Assembly: GCA_964446735.1 (NCBI GenBank)
Contig: CAYUQB010000001.1
Span: 263,826-327,825 of the forward strand
Source: an uncultured Candidatus Saccharibacteria bacterium
Lineage (GTDB): Bacteria > Patescibacteriota > Minisyncoccia > Phycocordibacterales > Phycocordibacteraceae
Length of the DNA: 64,000 nucleotides
Direction of reading: 5' to 3'
The notes below the pieces were generated by a model. It did no database searches. It had not been told where the DNA came from and was given only the letters and a program-made list of their open reading frames with translations. The translations under genes were made by a program, and so were the position numbers. Positions 36,358-46,104 of the stretch are shown here, piece after piece (the first letter of the stretch is position 1; each line of letters opens with the position of its first letter).

Positions 36358-36807
36358 CTAATTGAATGCTTGATACTTTTCGGTTTCAAGAAGTGCTTCA
36401 ATTGCAGCACGAAGTGCATCGACGTCCTCACGGGTAAGTGGTTCGAGCGGCTCCATCATCGCGAATTCCTCACGGGTGCGTGGGAATACCACCGGTGTGC
36501 CGTATGGTTGGCCCACTGCATTTTTAGCACGTCCGTAGAGGTGAATGTGAAGATAGGGCGTCCAATTCCCATTATCTTGGTAATTGATGCGCCCGATATC
36601 TATGCCCCGTTCAGCGAGAACTCGTTTCATTGCCTCTCCTGTCACCATCGTAAGCTTCATCAGTTCACACGCCTCTGATGCAGAAAGCTTCGTTCTATCC
36701 TCCACCTCAGCGATGGGTGCAATAAGTAGATGACCGCCGTCAGTGCGGCTAATGTGCGGTCGCTCGGGGGCGACGATCCTGAAGCGCGCGGACTCGTAGA
36801 CGATCAC
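36358..36807 (-). CDS. HIT-like hydrolase with a variant histidine triad (HIHLY)
   Basis: HIT-fold length and the motif PYLHIHLYGR. Confidence 0.55.
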   Translation of the reverse strand: MIVYESARFRIVAPERPHISRTDGGHLLIAPIAEVEDRTKLSASEACELMKLTMVTGEAMKRVLAERGIDIGRINYQDNGNWTPYLHIHLYGRAKNAVGQPYGTPVVFPRTREEFAMMEPLEPLTREDVDALRAAIEALLETEKYQAFN

Positions 36808-37289
36808 GATGCGTGTGCTGCTGCCTCGAGAGCTGCCACGTCGAGTTTCGACATGGTAAGCATGGCGGCCATGACTCGATTCGCCTTCTCCTTGTCCGGA
36901 TCCGACATAAGTTTTCCGAGTGCTTGTGGCACTACTTGCCAGGAAACCCCAAACTTATCTTTAATCCATCCGCATGGTCCTGGTTGCCCGCCATCGGAGA
37001 ATTTTTCCCAGAAGTAATCGACTTCCGTCTGGTCCACACAATCGATAACGAATGATATAGCCTCGGTGAAGGCAAACTGTGGTCCCCCGTTAAGCGCAAC
37101 AAACTTTTGACCTTCTAGTTCGAATTCCACGGTCATCACGGAACCAGCAGGCCTTCCTGCCACACCTTCGGCAGACTCCGGATAGCGAGCGATAGCGCCA
37201 ATGGTTGAATTTCTAAACATCGACGTGTAGAAGTTTGCAGCTTCCTCTGCCTGGGTATCGAACCAAAGAAAGGGGGTAATTTTTTGCAT
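36804..37289 (-). CDS. VOC-superfamily protein (PhnB / 3-demethylubiquinone-9 3-methyltransferase domain)
   Basis: MQKITPFLWFD N-terminus typical of this domain. 4-nt overlap with the downstream gene. Confidence 0.7.
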   Translation of the reverse strand: MQKITPFLWFDTQAEEAANFYTSMFRNSTIGAIARYPESAEGVAGRPAGSVMTVEFELEGQKFVALNGGPQFAFTEAISFVIDCVDQTEVDYFWEKFSDGGQPGPCGWIKDKFGVSWQVVPQALGKLMSDPDKEKANRVMAAMLTMSKLDVAALEAAAHAS

Positions 37290-37299
37290 GCAAGTAGTA

Positions 37300-37698
37300 T
37301 TAGGCTGACATATCCATACTAGGTTTCAGGATACTCAGCTGATTACCTTCCGGATCCTGAAACTGGGCATACGTGCCCACACCCGGTATTTCCAGTATTT
37401 CTCCGAGTGGTTTGCCGCCCGCAGCTTCTATCTTCTTCAAATGCTCGGCAACGTCATCCACCGCGATGACGACAGAGGGATGCATAGTGCCCATCTGAGG
37501 GGTTTTCTGAAAGATGCCTCCATTAATAATACCGGGCTTGAGGGGTCCCTTCTCGTCCGACTCGGTGGTCATAACGACCACGTAATCGCTCATTTCCGGT
37601 CCGAGCTGGTTGGCTTCCCACCCGAAGACACTGGTGTAGAACTCCTTTGCGCGAATTCGATCTCCGGCGGGTAGCTCAAAGTGAATGACTGGGTTCAT
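37300..37698 (-). CDS. Glyoxalase/bleomycin-resistance (VOC) family protein
   Basis: VOC-like fold with H/E metal-ligand positions. 132 aa. Confidence 0.65.
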   Translation of the reverse strand: MNPVIHFELPAGDRIRAKEFYTSVFGWEANQLGPEMSDYVVVMTTESDEKGPLKPGIINGGIFQKTPQMGTMHPSVVIAVDDVAEHLKKIEAAGGKPLGEILEIPGVGTYAQFQDPEGNQLSILKPSMDMSA

Positions 37699-37763
37699 GG
37701 CGAGAGTGTGGTTACCAATATGGCTCTAGCATATACCGGGCGTGTATGAAGCGTTAATGTACG

Positions 37764-38318
37764 CTACGCCTGAGCAAGGAGGATTATGAGTAGGATCCCG
37801 AAACTATTAAGTGCGAACGTGAGGAGCATAAACTGCCATTCCTTTATTTTACTTAACCCCATCATGCCGATACCTACCTCATCAGGGAACGGAGAGGCGA
37901 TGATAATCGCACCGATCACCGGAGTGAGCCATACAAAGTATGGACTTTTGAAGAGCGCGAAAACCGGACGTCGCATCAGCTCATTAATGAGCGGGGTGAA
38001 CTCCTCAAAAAGCTTATCCTTAAAGAATCTGAAGATGAGCACGTCCCCTATCACGCCACCTGCACCCGCGGTCAGAGCAATGAAGATTGCATCGTATTCT
38101 TGAGCAAGGTGGAAAAGTACGAGTGACGCGGGAGCGACAGTGAATGTTGAAACGAAGAAAATACCGGTCAGAAACGACCCGAGATAGCCATACGTTCCGA
38201 TGTGTCTAATGAACGCATGTACTACAGGAGTATCGGCAAGAAGAACGAGAAGGAGAATGCTAAGGATGAGAAGGGTCGTATTTTGATACGCCCATTTCTT
38301 CTGACGTGAATGTGCCAT
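37764..38318 (-). CDS. Hypothetical 5-6 TM membrane protein
   Basis: Hydrophobic ORF. Confidence 0.5.
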   Translation of the reverse strand: MAHSRQKKWAYQNTTLLILSILLLVLLADTPVVHAFIRHIGTYGYLGSFLTGIFFVSTFTVAPASLVLFHLAQEYDAIFIALTAGAGGVIGDVLIFRFFKDKLFEEFTPLINELMRRPVFALFKSPYFVWLTPVIGAIIIASPFPDEVGIGMMGLSKIKEWQFMLLTFALNSFGILLIILLAQA

Positions 38319-38510
38319 GCTGCGTATGAAGAAGTGTATCAGGTCCAGACAGTCTTAGTCCCTGAGCTACAAAGCTAGGATTTATGATCATTGGTTATCT
38401 GGAGCATCAAATAACCCTACTCATCATCTGTAATGAATTGAACTCCCTCCCGTCTTCTATACGCGACACCGTAGTAGACTGCTAAGGTAGCTTAATAAAT
38501 AGTACATACC

Positions 38511-39182
38511 ATGAAGAAAACACTCCTTGTTCTCTTGCTCGCTGCTCTGTTCTCTGCTCCTGCAGCATATGCACAGGGTCTCAATACAGACGTACAAGTA
38601 ACTGTTACTGCCACCAGTACCGGTAGCACGGTCTCCAATGAACGCCGGAACGAAAACGGTCAGGCAAGCTCGTCTAATAATGCACGTGCAACTAGCTCGG
38701 TTAAATCAAACAACGGCAAAGCTTCAACCACCGCAACTGTTTCCGGTAACCTGACAGCTGAGGCTCACCGAAGTGCTGTAGCCACATTCGTGCAATCTCT
38801 TCGGACCACTGCAGACCGCGATGGAGGCATTGGTATGGAAGTTCGTGCCGTCGCACAGTCACAGAGTGACGCGGCTTCTACTACAGCCGATGCGATGACG
38901 AAGATTGAAAATCGCAGCAAGGTGGTCTCATTCTTTCTCGGCACCGATTGGAAGAGTGTGGGCGCCATACGAAGTGCAATTGCACAGAATAACGCTGATG
39001 TAAGGAGTCTTGAGAAAGCAGCTGCTCTTGCAACTGACCCTTCGGTACGCGCCGAACTCGAGTCCGAGATCGAAACCCTCCAGGGCACACGCGTGGCACT
39101 TGAAGGCTTCGTCACATCTCATGAGGAGAAGTTCAGTCTTCTCGGATGGTTCACGAAACTATTTGTAAAGACTGGGGTATAG
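38511..39182 (+). CDS. Secreted hypothetical protein (Ala/Ser/Thr-rich, helical)
   Basis: Signal peptide MKKTLLVLLLAALFSAPAAYA. Followed by a strong terminator. Confidence 0.6.
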   Translation: MKKTLLVLLLAALFSAPAAYAQGLNTDVQVTVTATSTGSTVSNERRNENGQASSSNNARATSSVKSNNGKASTTATVSGNLTAEAHRSAVATFVQSLRTTADRDGGIGMEVRAVAQSQSDAASTTADAMTKIENRSKVVSFFLGTDWKSVGAIRSAIAQNNADVRSLEKAAALATDPSVRAELESEIETLQGTRVALEGFVTSHEEKFSLLGWFTKLFVKTGV

Positions 39183-39195
39183 TCTGGCATTTATA

Positions 39196-39234
39196 AAGAA
39201 AGGCCGACTTTATAAAGTCGGCCTTTCTTTAATT
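39196..39234. terminator. Rho-independent terminator (bidirectional)
   Basis: AAAGGCCGACT-ttataa-AGTCGGCCTTT followed by TCTTTAATTT. Confidence 0.75.
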
Positions 39235-39292
39235 TATTGGTCTAAGGCAGCGTTCTAACTTGTGTTGAAACTCTTCTGTGCTACCTGCCTTA

Positions 39293-39817
39293 CTAGAATT
39301 TAGCTAACTGCTTCTCCAATTCCTGCTCTATCACTTCACTATCAATATCCGTAAGCATGTCTTTGAGGTCTTCATCTTTGGACACATCAATACCATTTCG
39401 CTCCAGAAGAAGGGTGAGGAGATACATGACCTTTGTGATCTCATCTTCGGCATAGGTATTTATGTAGAGTTCAACCTCTTCACGTAGCTCAGCAATGCGT
39501 GCTTCACGGTTCTGGGAAATAAGAACAACTATTGCAAGGAAGATTGCTTCGAGTGACACCACCATCGTAAGGAGTCCAAAAGGAAACGGATCGATTGGTG
39601 TCATACCAGGAATGTATCCGGTATTCCATGTAATCCACGCTACAAAGAAAACCATATTGAGTATGAGGAAGAACACCGTTCCGAAGGACGCGGTGAGAAG
39701 ATCAGCAACTTTATCGGAAAGCGAACGTTTATCGTTCGCCTTGGCTTTAAAGCTACGAATGGTATTCCTTCGCTCAGCAGCAGCTTGAGCAAGTTTGGCC
39801 GTTGGCTTTCGAGTCAT
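39293..39817 (-). CDS. DUF1003-like membrane protein
   Basis: Two TM helices, FGTVFFLILNMVFFVAWITWN, and a C-terminal acidic coiled region. Confidence 0.6.
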   Translation of the reverse strand: MTRKPTAKLAQAAAERRNTIRSFKAKANDKRSLSDKVADLLTASFGTVFFLILNMVFFVAWITWNTGYIPGMTPIDPFPFGLLTMVVSLEAIFLAIVVLISQNREARIAELREEVELYINTYAEDEITKVMYLLTLLLERNGIDVSKDEDLKDMLTDIDSEVIEQELEKQLAKF

Positions 39818-39829
39818 AGAGAGCTGCCG

Positions 39830-40048
39830 TTATTTGGCACGTATCCAAACGAAGCCAAGGTATGCACCTATCGCAAGGCCAGTGATAAGTAGAATGGACG
39901 CATACGGAGCAAAAATCTGTGGCCATAGTGCCCCAACGGCGATGCCAATAAAGAGGACGGCCCATTTGAGGAGGCTGATCTGCCACCAGGTGAATGTAGT
40001 GGATTTAAAGATATTCATGTTCTTAGTATAGCCTCTCGAAAAACTCAA
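39830..40048 (-). CDS. Small 2-TM membrane protein
   Basis: Hydrophobic 60-72 aa ORF, 12 nt upstream of the DUF1003 gene. Confidence 0.45.
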   Translation of the reverse strand: MSFSRGYTKNMNIFKSTTFTWWQISLLKWAVLFIGIAVGALWPQIFAPYASILLITGLAIGAYLGFVWIRAK

Positions 40049-40086
40049 AAAACTTCACTCAAATCAGGCGGTGGCCTAGGACGATG

Positions 40087-40557
40087 TTAGAACCTTTTTG
40101 ATCTAAATAGATGCTCTGCCCCAACCACGAGAGTCGCTCCAATCAGATAACCTATCCCGATCAGAACTGGGAGTAGAGGTGGCGGCACCGGAAAGTGCCA
40201 TTCCCACACATGGAGGAAAACATTTGCGAATTCGTACAGAGCGGTAATACACAAAGTTAGAAGGCAAAAGTATAGCGGTTGTCTCCGAAGAAGTAGTATC
40301 GTCGCCGCAAAAATTCCATATGACAAAGCAGCGTTGAGCAGAAGAAATGGCATATCGAATCCAAGAGCATACGTAGTAAGTCCAAGGAGCTTTCCTAATA
40401 TAAGATCGAACGATAAACCGAACGGTATGCCTATAAGAATCCCCTTTGCGAGGACCTGCCACACGCGTGACAGTTTCTTCTCATAAAAAGCGAGTGTAAT
40501 GAATATAAGAAGCTGCACCAACAGCAGTATTCCGAAGTTAATCCATGCTCCCGACAT
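40087..40557 (-). CDS. Hypothetical 4-5 TM membrane protein
   Basis: Hydrophobic ORF. Confidence 0.5.
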   Translation of the reverse strand: MSGAWINFGILLLVQLLIFITLAFYEKKLSRVWQVLAKGILIGIPFGLSFDLILGKLLGLTTYALGFDMPFLLLNAALSYGIFAATILLLRRQPLYFCLLTLCITALYEFANVFLHVWEWHFPVPPPLLPVLIGIGYLIGATLVVGAEHLFRSKRF

Positions 40558-40581
40558 ATTCGAACTATACCTTGGTACCTT

Positions 40582-40884
40582 CTATTTAGATTTGGATCGT
40601 TTATCGAGCACCCACTGTACTGATTTACTTATTTTCTTATCCTTACGGTGAATACAGCCCACCCAGCAACATGGTCGACGCATTCCCTCGATGAGTTCCG
40701 AAACTACTCTCCTTATATGATCTTTCCGCGTCTCTGGTGTTTTGACCGAAATAGTCCAGCAAATCCATTCGTTCCGTGCAAGTGGGGTGATGTCTTCCCA
40801 CTTGGCGAGTGCCTTTGGTGAAGCGACAAGAGCCTTTTTGAGGTCTGCCGGCACGGTGTGTACGGTTCCCGAAGATACTTTCAT
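40582..40884 (-). CDS. YdeI/OmpD-associated family protein
   Basis: WEDITPLARNEWICWT...KKPETRKDHIRRVVSEL pattern of PF13376. Confidence 0.55.
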   Translation of the reverse strand: MKVSSGTVHTVPADLKKALVASPKALAKWEDITPLARNEWICWTISVKTPETRKDHIRRVVSELIEGMRRPCCWVGCIHRKDKKISKSVQWVLDKRSKSK

Positions 40885-40922
40885 AGTGAGAATGGTACCA
40901 AATCGAGCTGGTTATCCGGACC

Positions 40923-41513
40923 TTATTCAAACCGGGATCGGACAATCGATTCGAGGTTCTCTTCGGAAGTAAAGAGGTGGGCTGGAATTCCAACACCCTC
41001 TGCGGCTTTCAGGTTCTTCACTTGGTCATCAAAATAGATGCACTCTTTCCCCTCTAGATGATGTTCTTTAAGGATTGAAGACCACGCCCGGCTGTCAGGT
41101 TTTATATACCCGGTCTGCCAAGAGAAGTACACTTTATCGACTGCATCATGAACCCACGGATAGTGCCCGTAATATTCCGCACGCTCTTTAAAATTATTTG
41201 AAAGAATAAACACCTTGATGTCCTTCTCTCGGAGCTCCCTCGCAAAGTCAACCATTCGTTCCGATACCTTCTCTGCCGTAAACCAATAGTTCCAGAATTC
41301 TTGTTCAGAGAACTCTACTCCCCACTCTTTTAGTGCAGGTTCCCAGTATTTAAAGGCATCCCCTGCGTTTGGTTGTCGCACCTTATCCATAATCTCCGAG
41401 AGCTTGGGCAGAAAGCTTGCAGTGGCCACTCCAAAATCAAGCTCAAACCGATCACTCAACTTTTCACTTTGAAGAAAGATCCCGTTGAGATCAAAGATCG
41501 CTGCCTTCAGCAT
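40923..41513 (-). CDS. HAD-superfamily hydrolase (IA-like)
   Basis: AIFDLNGI motif I, SNN motif II and FDDQ motif IV. Start at MLKAAIFD (41513), 2 nt after the upstream stop. Confidence 0.65.
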   Translation of the reverse strand: MLKAAIFDLNGIFLQSEKLSDRFELDFGVATASFLPKLSEIMDKVRQPNAGDAFKYWEPALKEWGVEFSEQEFWNYWFTAEKVSERMVDFARELREKDIKVFILSNNFKERAEYYGHYPWVHDAVDKVYFSWQTGYIKPDSRAWSSILKEHHLEGKECIYFDDQVKNLKAAEGVGIPAHLFTSEENLESIVRSRFE

Positions 41514-41515
41514 AC

Positions 41516-41839
41516 TCAAATGCCGATTTCGATCTTCCAAGGCATCGGGATAATGGAAAGATTTATGAGAGTATCGAAGTCGTGTTCGGTCTTCCATTTC
41601 TGGATTCTAGATTTCACATTTTCCATTAGAGCATCAAGATTCTCGATCTTACTCGCACTGAACTCAACAAAAATTTCAATCGGAGCGACTTTAATCTTTA
41701 TCTCGGAACTATTCGCGTAGACGAAGACATCCTCGATATTGGTGACTTCTGAAACTATGTCACGGACAGCTTGAGATAAGCGAGCCACTTCACTGGCCTC
41801 GATCTTCTCGTTGTCATAATCAATTCTTATGATGGGCAT
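41516..41839 (-). CDS. Hypothetical protein, possibly tautomerase-superfamily-like (Pro1 after the initiator Met)
   Basis: MPIIRIDY N-terminus. 107 aa. No other motif. Confidence 0.35.
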   Translation of the reverse strand: MPIIRIDYDNEKIEASEVARLSQAVRDIVSEVTNIEDVFVYANSSEIKIKVAPIEIFVEFSASKIENLDALMENVKSRIQKWKTEHDFDTLINLSIIPMPWKIEIGI

Positions 41840-41912
41840 AACTGACAGGTTATCAGAAGCAACCGAAAAGACGAGCTGCGGGCGTTGAGCGGGGTTTGAA
41901 CCTACTTGTGCG

Positions 41913-42311
41913 CTATTTCTTAAGAACGGCGGTTACTTCGATTTCTATCTTCGCCCCCTTGCGGGTCATCCCACTTACCTCAACCAACGTACTTACTGGT
42001 TTACTTTTCTGAAACCATTTATCTCTGATGGCCGTGACCTTGGGAAAGTCTTGTATGTCAGTTAAGAATACCTGCGCTTTTACTACATCATCAATAGAGG
42101 CACCAGACGCCTTTAAGCTTCTTTCAATGGCCTGAAAGACAAGTTCAGTCTGCTGCTCAATGTCATCTGTTATCGCCTCGTTGTTTTCATCCTTATCAGC
42201 CTGTTGACCTGATACGTAAATCAAATAAGAGGTTCCTAGATCGATCTTTTTTGCTGGTGTGTAGACACCACGTGTCTCCTGCCAGCCGTCTGGGTAAATG
42301 TCCTCAATCAT
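41913..42311 (-). CDS. RidA/YjgF-family reactive-intermediate deaminase
   Basis: YjgF/chorismate-mutase-like fold. 132 aa. Confidence 0.7.
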   Translation of the reverse strand: MIEDIYPDGWQETRGVYTPAKKIDLGTSYLIYVSGQQADKDENNEAITDDIEQQTELVFQAIERSLKASGASIDDVVKAQVFLTDIQDFPKVTAIRDKWFQKSKPVSTLVEVSGMTRKGAKIEIEVTAVLKK

Positions 42312-42433
42312 TGAGAGAAGTGTACCAAAGTTCTAACATTCAATACCCTCACCAATAGAATCTCGTACCTAAGAGCTTATTTCAATACTGGGAGTCTGGC
42401 GCGACGCTGAACCTTTATGCTCCGTACAGATAT

Positions 42434-42841
42434 CTAATTATCTAGGTCGTCGGTCGTTACTCCATCAAAATGCTCGGTATCTTTCTCGGCCTCATCTTTC
42501 GTTGCATGCACTGTCGCATCCTTGTGGTGAGGCGGCGCGTAAAGTGTATAGAGCTTCAAGGCATCGCTTCCTGAAGTGTTCTTGATGTTATGGCGAACAC
42601 CTGCAGGAATCACAATAACTGAGCCGTCGGTCAAGTCGCGCTCGACGCCGTCCAAGATGCTCTGTCCCTCCCCTTCCTCGACACGTATGAACTGGTCGAC
42701 ATCATGAACCTCCTCACCAATATCCGTCCCTGCAGGTAGCGACATCAAGACAAGCTGGCAGTTCTTAGCGGTATATAGAACGCGACGGAAATCTTCATTC
42801 TCAAGCGTTTGTTGTTCTATGTTTGTGACAAATCCTTTCAT
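42434..42841 (-). CDS. Cupin-domain protein
   Basis: G(X)5HXH...E...H cupin motif region (EEVHDVDQFIRVEEGEG...GVRHNIKN). Confidence 0.65.
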   Translation of the reverse strand: MKGFVTNIEQQTLENEDFRRVLYTAKNCQLVLMSLPAGTDIGEEVHDVDQFIRVEEGEGQSILDGVERDLTDGSVIVIPAGVRHNIKNTSGSDALKLYTLYAPPHHKDATVHATKDEAEKDTEHFDGVTTDDLDN

Positions 42842-42903
42842 ATTTTAAGTATACCTTTTGGCTGGCCGTCTGGGACGTTATTGGAACCTTTCTCGGAGGT
42901 CTT

Positions 42904-43875
42904 TTATAGTTCGAGTTTGCGATTTACCGACCTTTGTCTTGGGATGTGCTCGTGAATAAGCGTTATCTGATAACTCTCATTCATCCAAGCGTTGTAAACG
43001 GGATTCAGTGTCTGATGAATCAACAAATCAACCTTGAGGGTATCCCCTGTACCAAACCGGAATTCGCCTTGCTCAACTTTTTCGAGGAAACCAACATCGG
43101 TGATGTTTGCACTAATTCGATTACCTCCCCAAATGAACTCCCAGCGTCTAGTTGTGCTTTTCTCAAGAACAGGCTTAACGATAGCTATGATTTGATTCTC
43201 TTTAACTTCCTTCTTCCTGTTTTCAGAGTTCACTTCTACCTTTTGAGCAAGTGCAGAGAAATTATCCTTATCTATTGAGAATGAATCTTGAGGCGAGGTC
43301 AGTGTCAGACCTTCGACTGCAGGGTCTTCATCAAGCACCCTGAACTGGTCGGAGATGATGTCATTAATGGGCTGGCTTGTGTTGTAGATGTTGTAAACAA
43401 CGTTCGGACAGACGTATATATCGCCAGTAGAGGTCTTTATTGTGGTACTTCCACCCTCATCGCTTACGCTCTCTACATCAGTTTTATTTTTGTCCTTAAA
43501 CCAGGTTCTCAACTTCACTAGCCCAGTGTAGGTTTTAACAATTGTACCCATTACTAATACTCCCCCTCCAGCTACACCGCTTGCCGTCGCAATTGCACTT
43601 AACAAGTCATTGCTATTGATTGCGGCGACAATTGCATGAACTTCAAAACTACCGGGGCTTAAGGCTTCGATTTTTATTTCGACGTTCTTACCTGTATTTA
43701 ATTCGGAGCTAATTTCTTTTAAAGCCTCGGAAAGTATCAAGAGTGAGCTAGTGAGCGTATTAACATCAACCTGATGTGTCTGGCCTTCAAATTTAATCTT
43801 GAGTTTTTCTTCGTCGAAGACTTCGTCCATGAATTCATTATATCTGTATAAACTTTCACCACGTGCACAAAACAC
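42904..43875 (-). CDS. Orphan hypothetical protein (about 308-323 aa) in a low-GC patch
   Basis: No recognisable domain. GC is about 40% against about 55% for the window. The likely start is the internal MDEVFDEE. Confidence 0.5.
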   Translation of the reverse strand: MFCARGESLYRYNEFMDEVFDEEKLKIKFEGQTHQVDVNTLTSSLLILSEALKEISSELNTGKNVEIKIEALSPGSFEVHAIVAAINSNDLLSAIATASGVAGGGVLVMGTIVKTYTGLVKLRTWFKDKNKTDVESVSDEGGSTTIKTSTGDIYVCPNVVYNIYNTSQPINDIISDQFRVLDEDPAVEGLTLTSPQDSFSIDKDNFSALAQKVEVNSENRKKEVKENQIIAIVKPVLEKSTTRRWEFIWGGNRISANITDVGFLEKVEQGEFRFGTGDTLKVDLLIHQTLNPVYNAWMNESYQITLIHEHIPRQRSVNRKLEL

Positions 43876-43949
43876 ATCCTTCCAGAACTCATCTTCTGTG
43901 GCTTAATTTCGCGAGCTGGGAGTGTGGTACGACGTTGGAACCGCTGCGG

Positions 43950-43978
43950 TTGACAAAAAGAGATAAATAGAGTATAAG
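43950..43978 (+). promoter_or_regulatory. Sigma-70-like promoter upstream of the lipoprotein gene
   Basis: TTGACA, 17 nt, then TATAAG, about 50 nt upstream of the ATG at 44031. Confidence 0.55.
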
Positions 43979-44030
43979 TGCACACAGCGCCGGCTATCCG
44001 GAAGCACAACCACAACTGAAAGGGTTACCA

Positions 44031-44432
44031 ATGCGCTTCGTCACTCTTGCGCTTGTTGCATGCATGCTTTCGGCCTGCGGCGGCAAGCCGGAGCCGCTCA
44101 CGGCCGAGCAAGCCGTGATCAAACAGAAGCTCGAAACGGCACCTACCCGCAGCATCCTGATCTTCCATGATAAGGAGGGTCGGACCGACATGGATGCGGC
44201 GTGGGGCATGATCTGCTCGCGGGGAGCCGACGGTACACTTCTCGTGAGCCACGTCGACTACTCCGGTGTCTGGATGTGCAACAATTTTTCACCGACCGGG
44301 AGGCCGATGTCGGCTCACGATCTGGCCAGCCAGCTCACGCGGGTCATCGAGCCGAACGATCCGGCCTACGAGGGCCGCGTCGAAGACCTGATGTCCACGA
44401 TGATGGGCGTGCCGCGCGACAACCGCCGGTAA
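44031..44432 (+). CDS. Lipoprotein (hypothetical)
   Basis: Signal peptide with lipobox LSAC-G. GC is about 62%. Confidence 0.6.
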   Translation: MRFVTLALVACMLSACGGKPEPLTAEQAVIKQKLETAPTRSILIFHDKEGRTDMDAAWGMICSRGADGTLLVSHVDYSGVWMCNNFSPTGRPMSAHDLASQLTRVIEPNDPAYEGRVEDLMSTMMGVPRDNRR

Positions 44433-44500
44433 GCTCAATCGTCCGCACCCCCAGCACGGAAGCGCCCTCGGCTTTCTGTCGGGGGTGTTTCTGTTTATTG

Positions 44501-44572
44501 CTGCGGGACTAGGACTCGAACCTAGATAACAACATCCAGAGTGTTGCGTCCTACCATTAGACGATCCCGCAA
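44501..44572 (-). tRNA. tRNA-Gln (anticodon CUG)
   Basis: Cloverleaf fold drawn by hand: U1-A72 acceptor pair, D-loop AATGGTAG, anticodon loop CUCUGGA, T-loop TTCGAGT. No CCA encoded. Confidence 0.7.
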
Positions 44573-44637
44573 TACCGAAGCGGCTTACGCCGCTTGGTAG
44601 ATGCACGATACTGGAAAACCAGGGTTTCTTCAACCAG

Positions 44638-45075
44638 TTACGGCCAATATGCAAGGATCTTGCCCATTATGATGAGCGAGACCAAATAATAGCCGGCAGT
44701 AATGAACCACCACTTCCAACTCTTGTTTTCCCACAGTACTCCCCCTATAGAGACCGGTACGACATACCCGAGCCAGTTCCAGAACCCTGCCTGAACGCCT
44801 GACCATGGACCTGACGTGCCGAGATACGTATTAGCGAAGAGTAGAGAATGCGCAAGCACGTAGGACATGATGAGGGCGGTCACCATCATGACGAGATAAC
44901 TCCTCATCATCTTTCCTTTCATCTTGGGGTCCTGTTTCCACGCTTCTGCTTGTTCTGGCGTGATATTCATCGATTTCATCCATGCCTTGCCGAACAGAGG
45001 ACCGAACCAGAGGAACCCCAGTACGATAGCGGCCGCAGCCGCTCCCACTACTGCAATAAGATTAATAGGCACCAT
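44638..45075 (-). CDS. DUF1761-like membrane protein
   Basis: MVPINLIAVVGAAAAAIVLGFLWFGPLFGKAWMK N-terminus typical of the family. Four TM helices. Confidence 0.6.
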   Translation of the reverse strand: MVPINLIAVVGAAAAAIVLGFLWFGPLFGKAWMKSMNITPEQAEAWKQDPKMKGKMMRSYLVMMVTALIMSYVLAHSLLFANTYLGTSGPWSGVQAGFWNWLGYVVPVSIGGVLWENKSWKWWFITAGYYLVSLIIMGKILAYWP

Positions 45076-45157
45076 AACATTAGATTACCTGATACCTCAT
45101 TAGTATAGGACCAGCCGCCCGTGCGGGCGGCTGGTCTGTGCACATGGAGAATATGAT

Positions 45158-46093
45158 TTACGGTGTCGTAGGAGTGGTTGAGGCCTTTACTTCTCCCTTC
45201 CCTTTCACAACTGAGTAGATTCGGGCAACACTGTGACGTGCGGCAGCGAGATCCTGGTGGGCGGCAGCGAGCTTCTTACGAGCTTCCGTAAGGGCAGCCT
45301 TGTTTGCCTCCATAACGGTCTTGTCACCCCCATCGGGCTTCAGGTTTGCCGTGAGTGAGACTGCTGCATCTGCGTTAGTCTTGGCACTCGCAAGCTTCGT
45401 CTTTAGATCGGTCATAGCGCTTACTGCAACCGATACATTCACCCCTGCTGACTGGGCAGCAGTAATACGTTCCTGAAGTTTATCGGCCAGCTGGGTGAGC
45501 TGGGTAACCACTGCATTGATGCGGGATGCTGCAGCTGCAATACGCGCCTGCGGCTCAATCAGCCCAAAGACACGATGATCCTGGGTGATGGACTTGATGT
45601 CTGCCTTCAAGGTAGTGGTTGCAGTATCTGTTGCAACCTTCGCTTTAAGCTCAGTGAGCGACTGAATCTCGGCATTCAGGGTCGCGGTGAGCGATGCGAG
45701 CTGATCTGGGGTAAGAAGCTTGATCTTTCCAAGACGTGCGATCAATTCCTGGAGACTCTTAATGCGACGGTCGATTGCATCACCAGCCTTCTCGATACCT
45801 TTTTCAATACGCTTTTCGGTGGTGGAAGCACGCTGCATAGGTACCTTGTCCTCTCGGTCCTCGGTCATCGATGCTTTCCAGGCCTCACGGCGGTCTTTAT
45901 CAACGCGAGAGGTGGTAGAACCCAATTTGAATGGGAAATTCAAGAATGCGGGACGCTTTACGGGTTCAGTCCGTACTTCCGTTTCGGCCGAAGCCTCAAC
46001 CTGAACCTGTCCATCCTCTGCAAGAGCCGGATTGGCTGATGCGAGCATGAACACGAGCGCGAGTGCTGACGTGGTGATCAGTGCTTTATTCAT
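45158..46093 (-). CDS. Secreted coiled-coil protein (hypothetical)
   Basis: Signal peptide. Long Ala/Leu/Thr/Lys-rich heptad-like segments. Confidence 0.55.
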   Translation of the reverse strand: MNKALITTSALALVFMLASANPALAEDGQVQVEASAETEVRTEPVKRPAFLNFPFKLGSTTSRVDKDRREAWKASMTEDREDKVPMQRASTTEKRIEKGIEKAGDAIDRRIKSLQELIARLGKIKLLTPDQLASLTATLNAEIQSLTELKAKVATDTATTTLKADIKSITQDHRVFGLIEPQARIAAAASRINAVVTQLTQLADKLQERITAAQSAGVNVSVAVSAMTDLKTKLASAKTNADAAVSLTANLKPDGGDKTVMEANKAALTEARKKLAAAHQDLAAARHSVARIYSVVKGKGEVKASTTPTTP

Positions 46094-46104
46094 AGATTAT
46101 AAGA

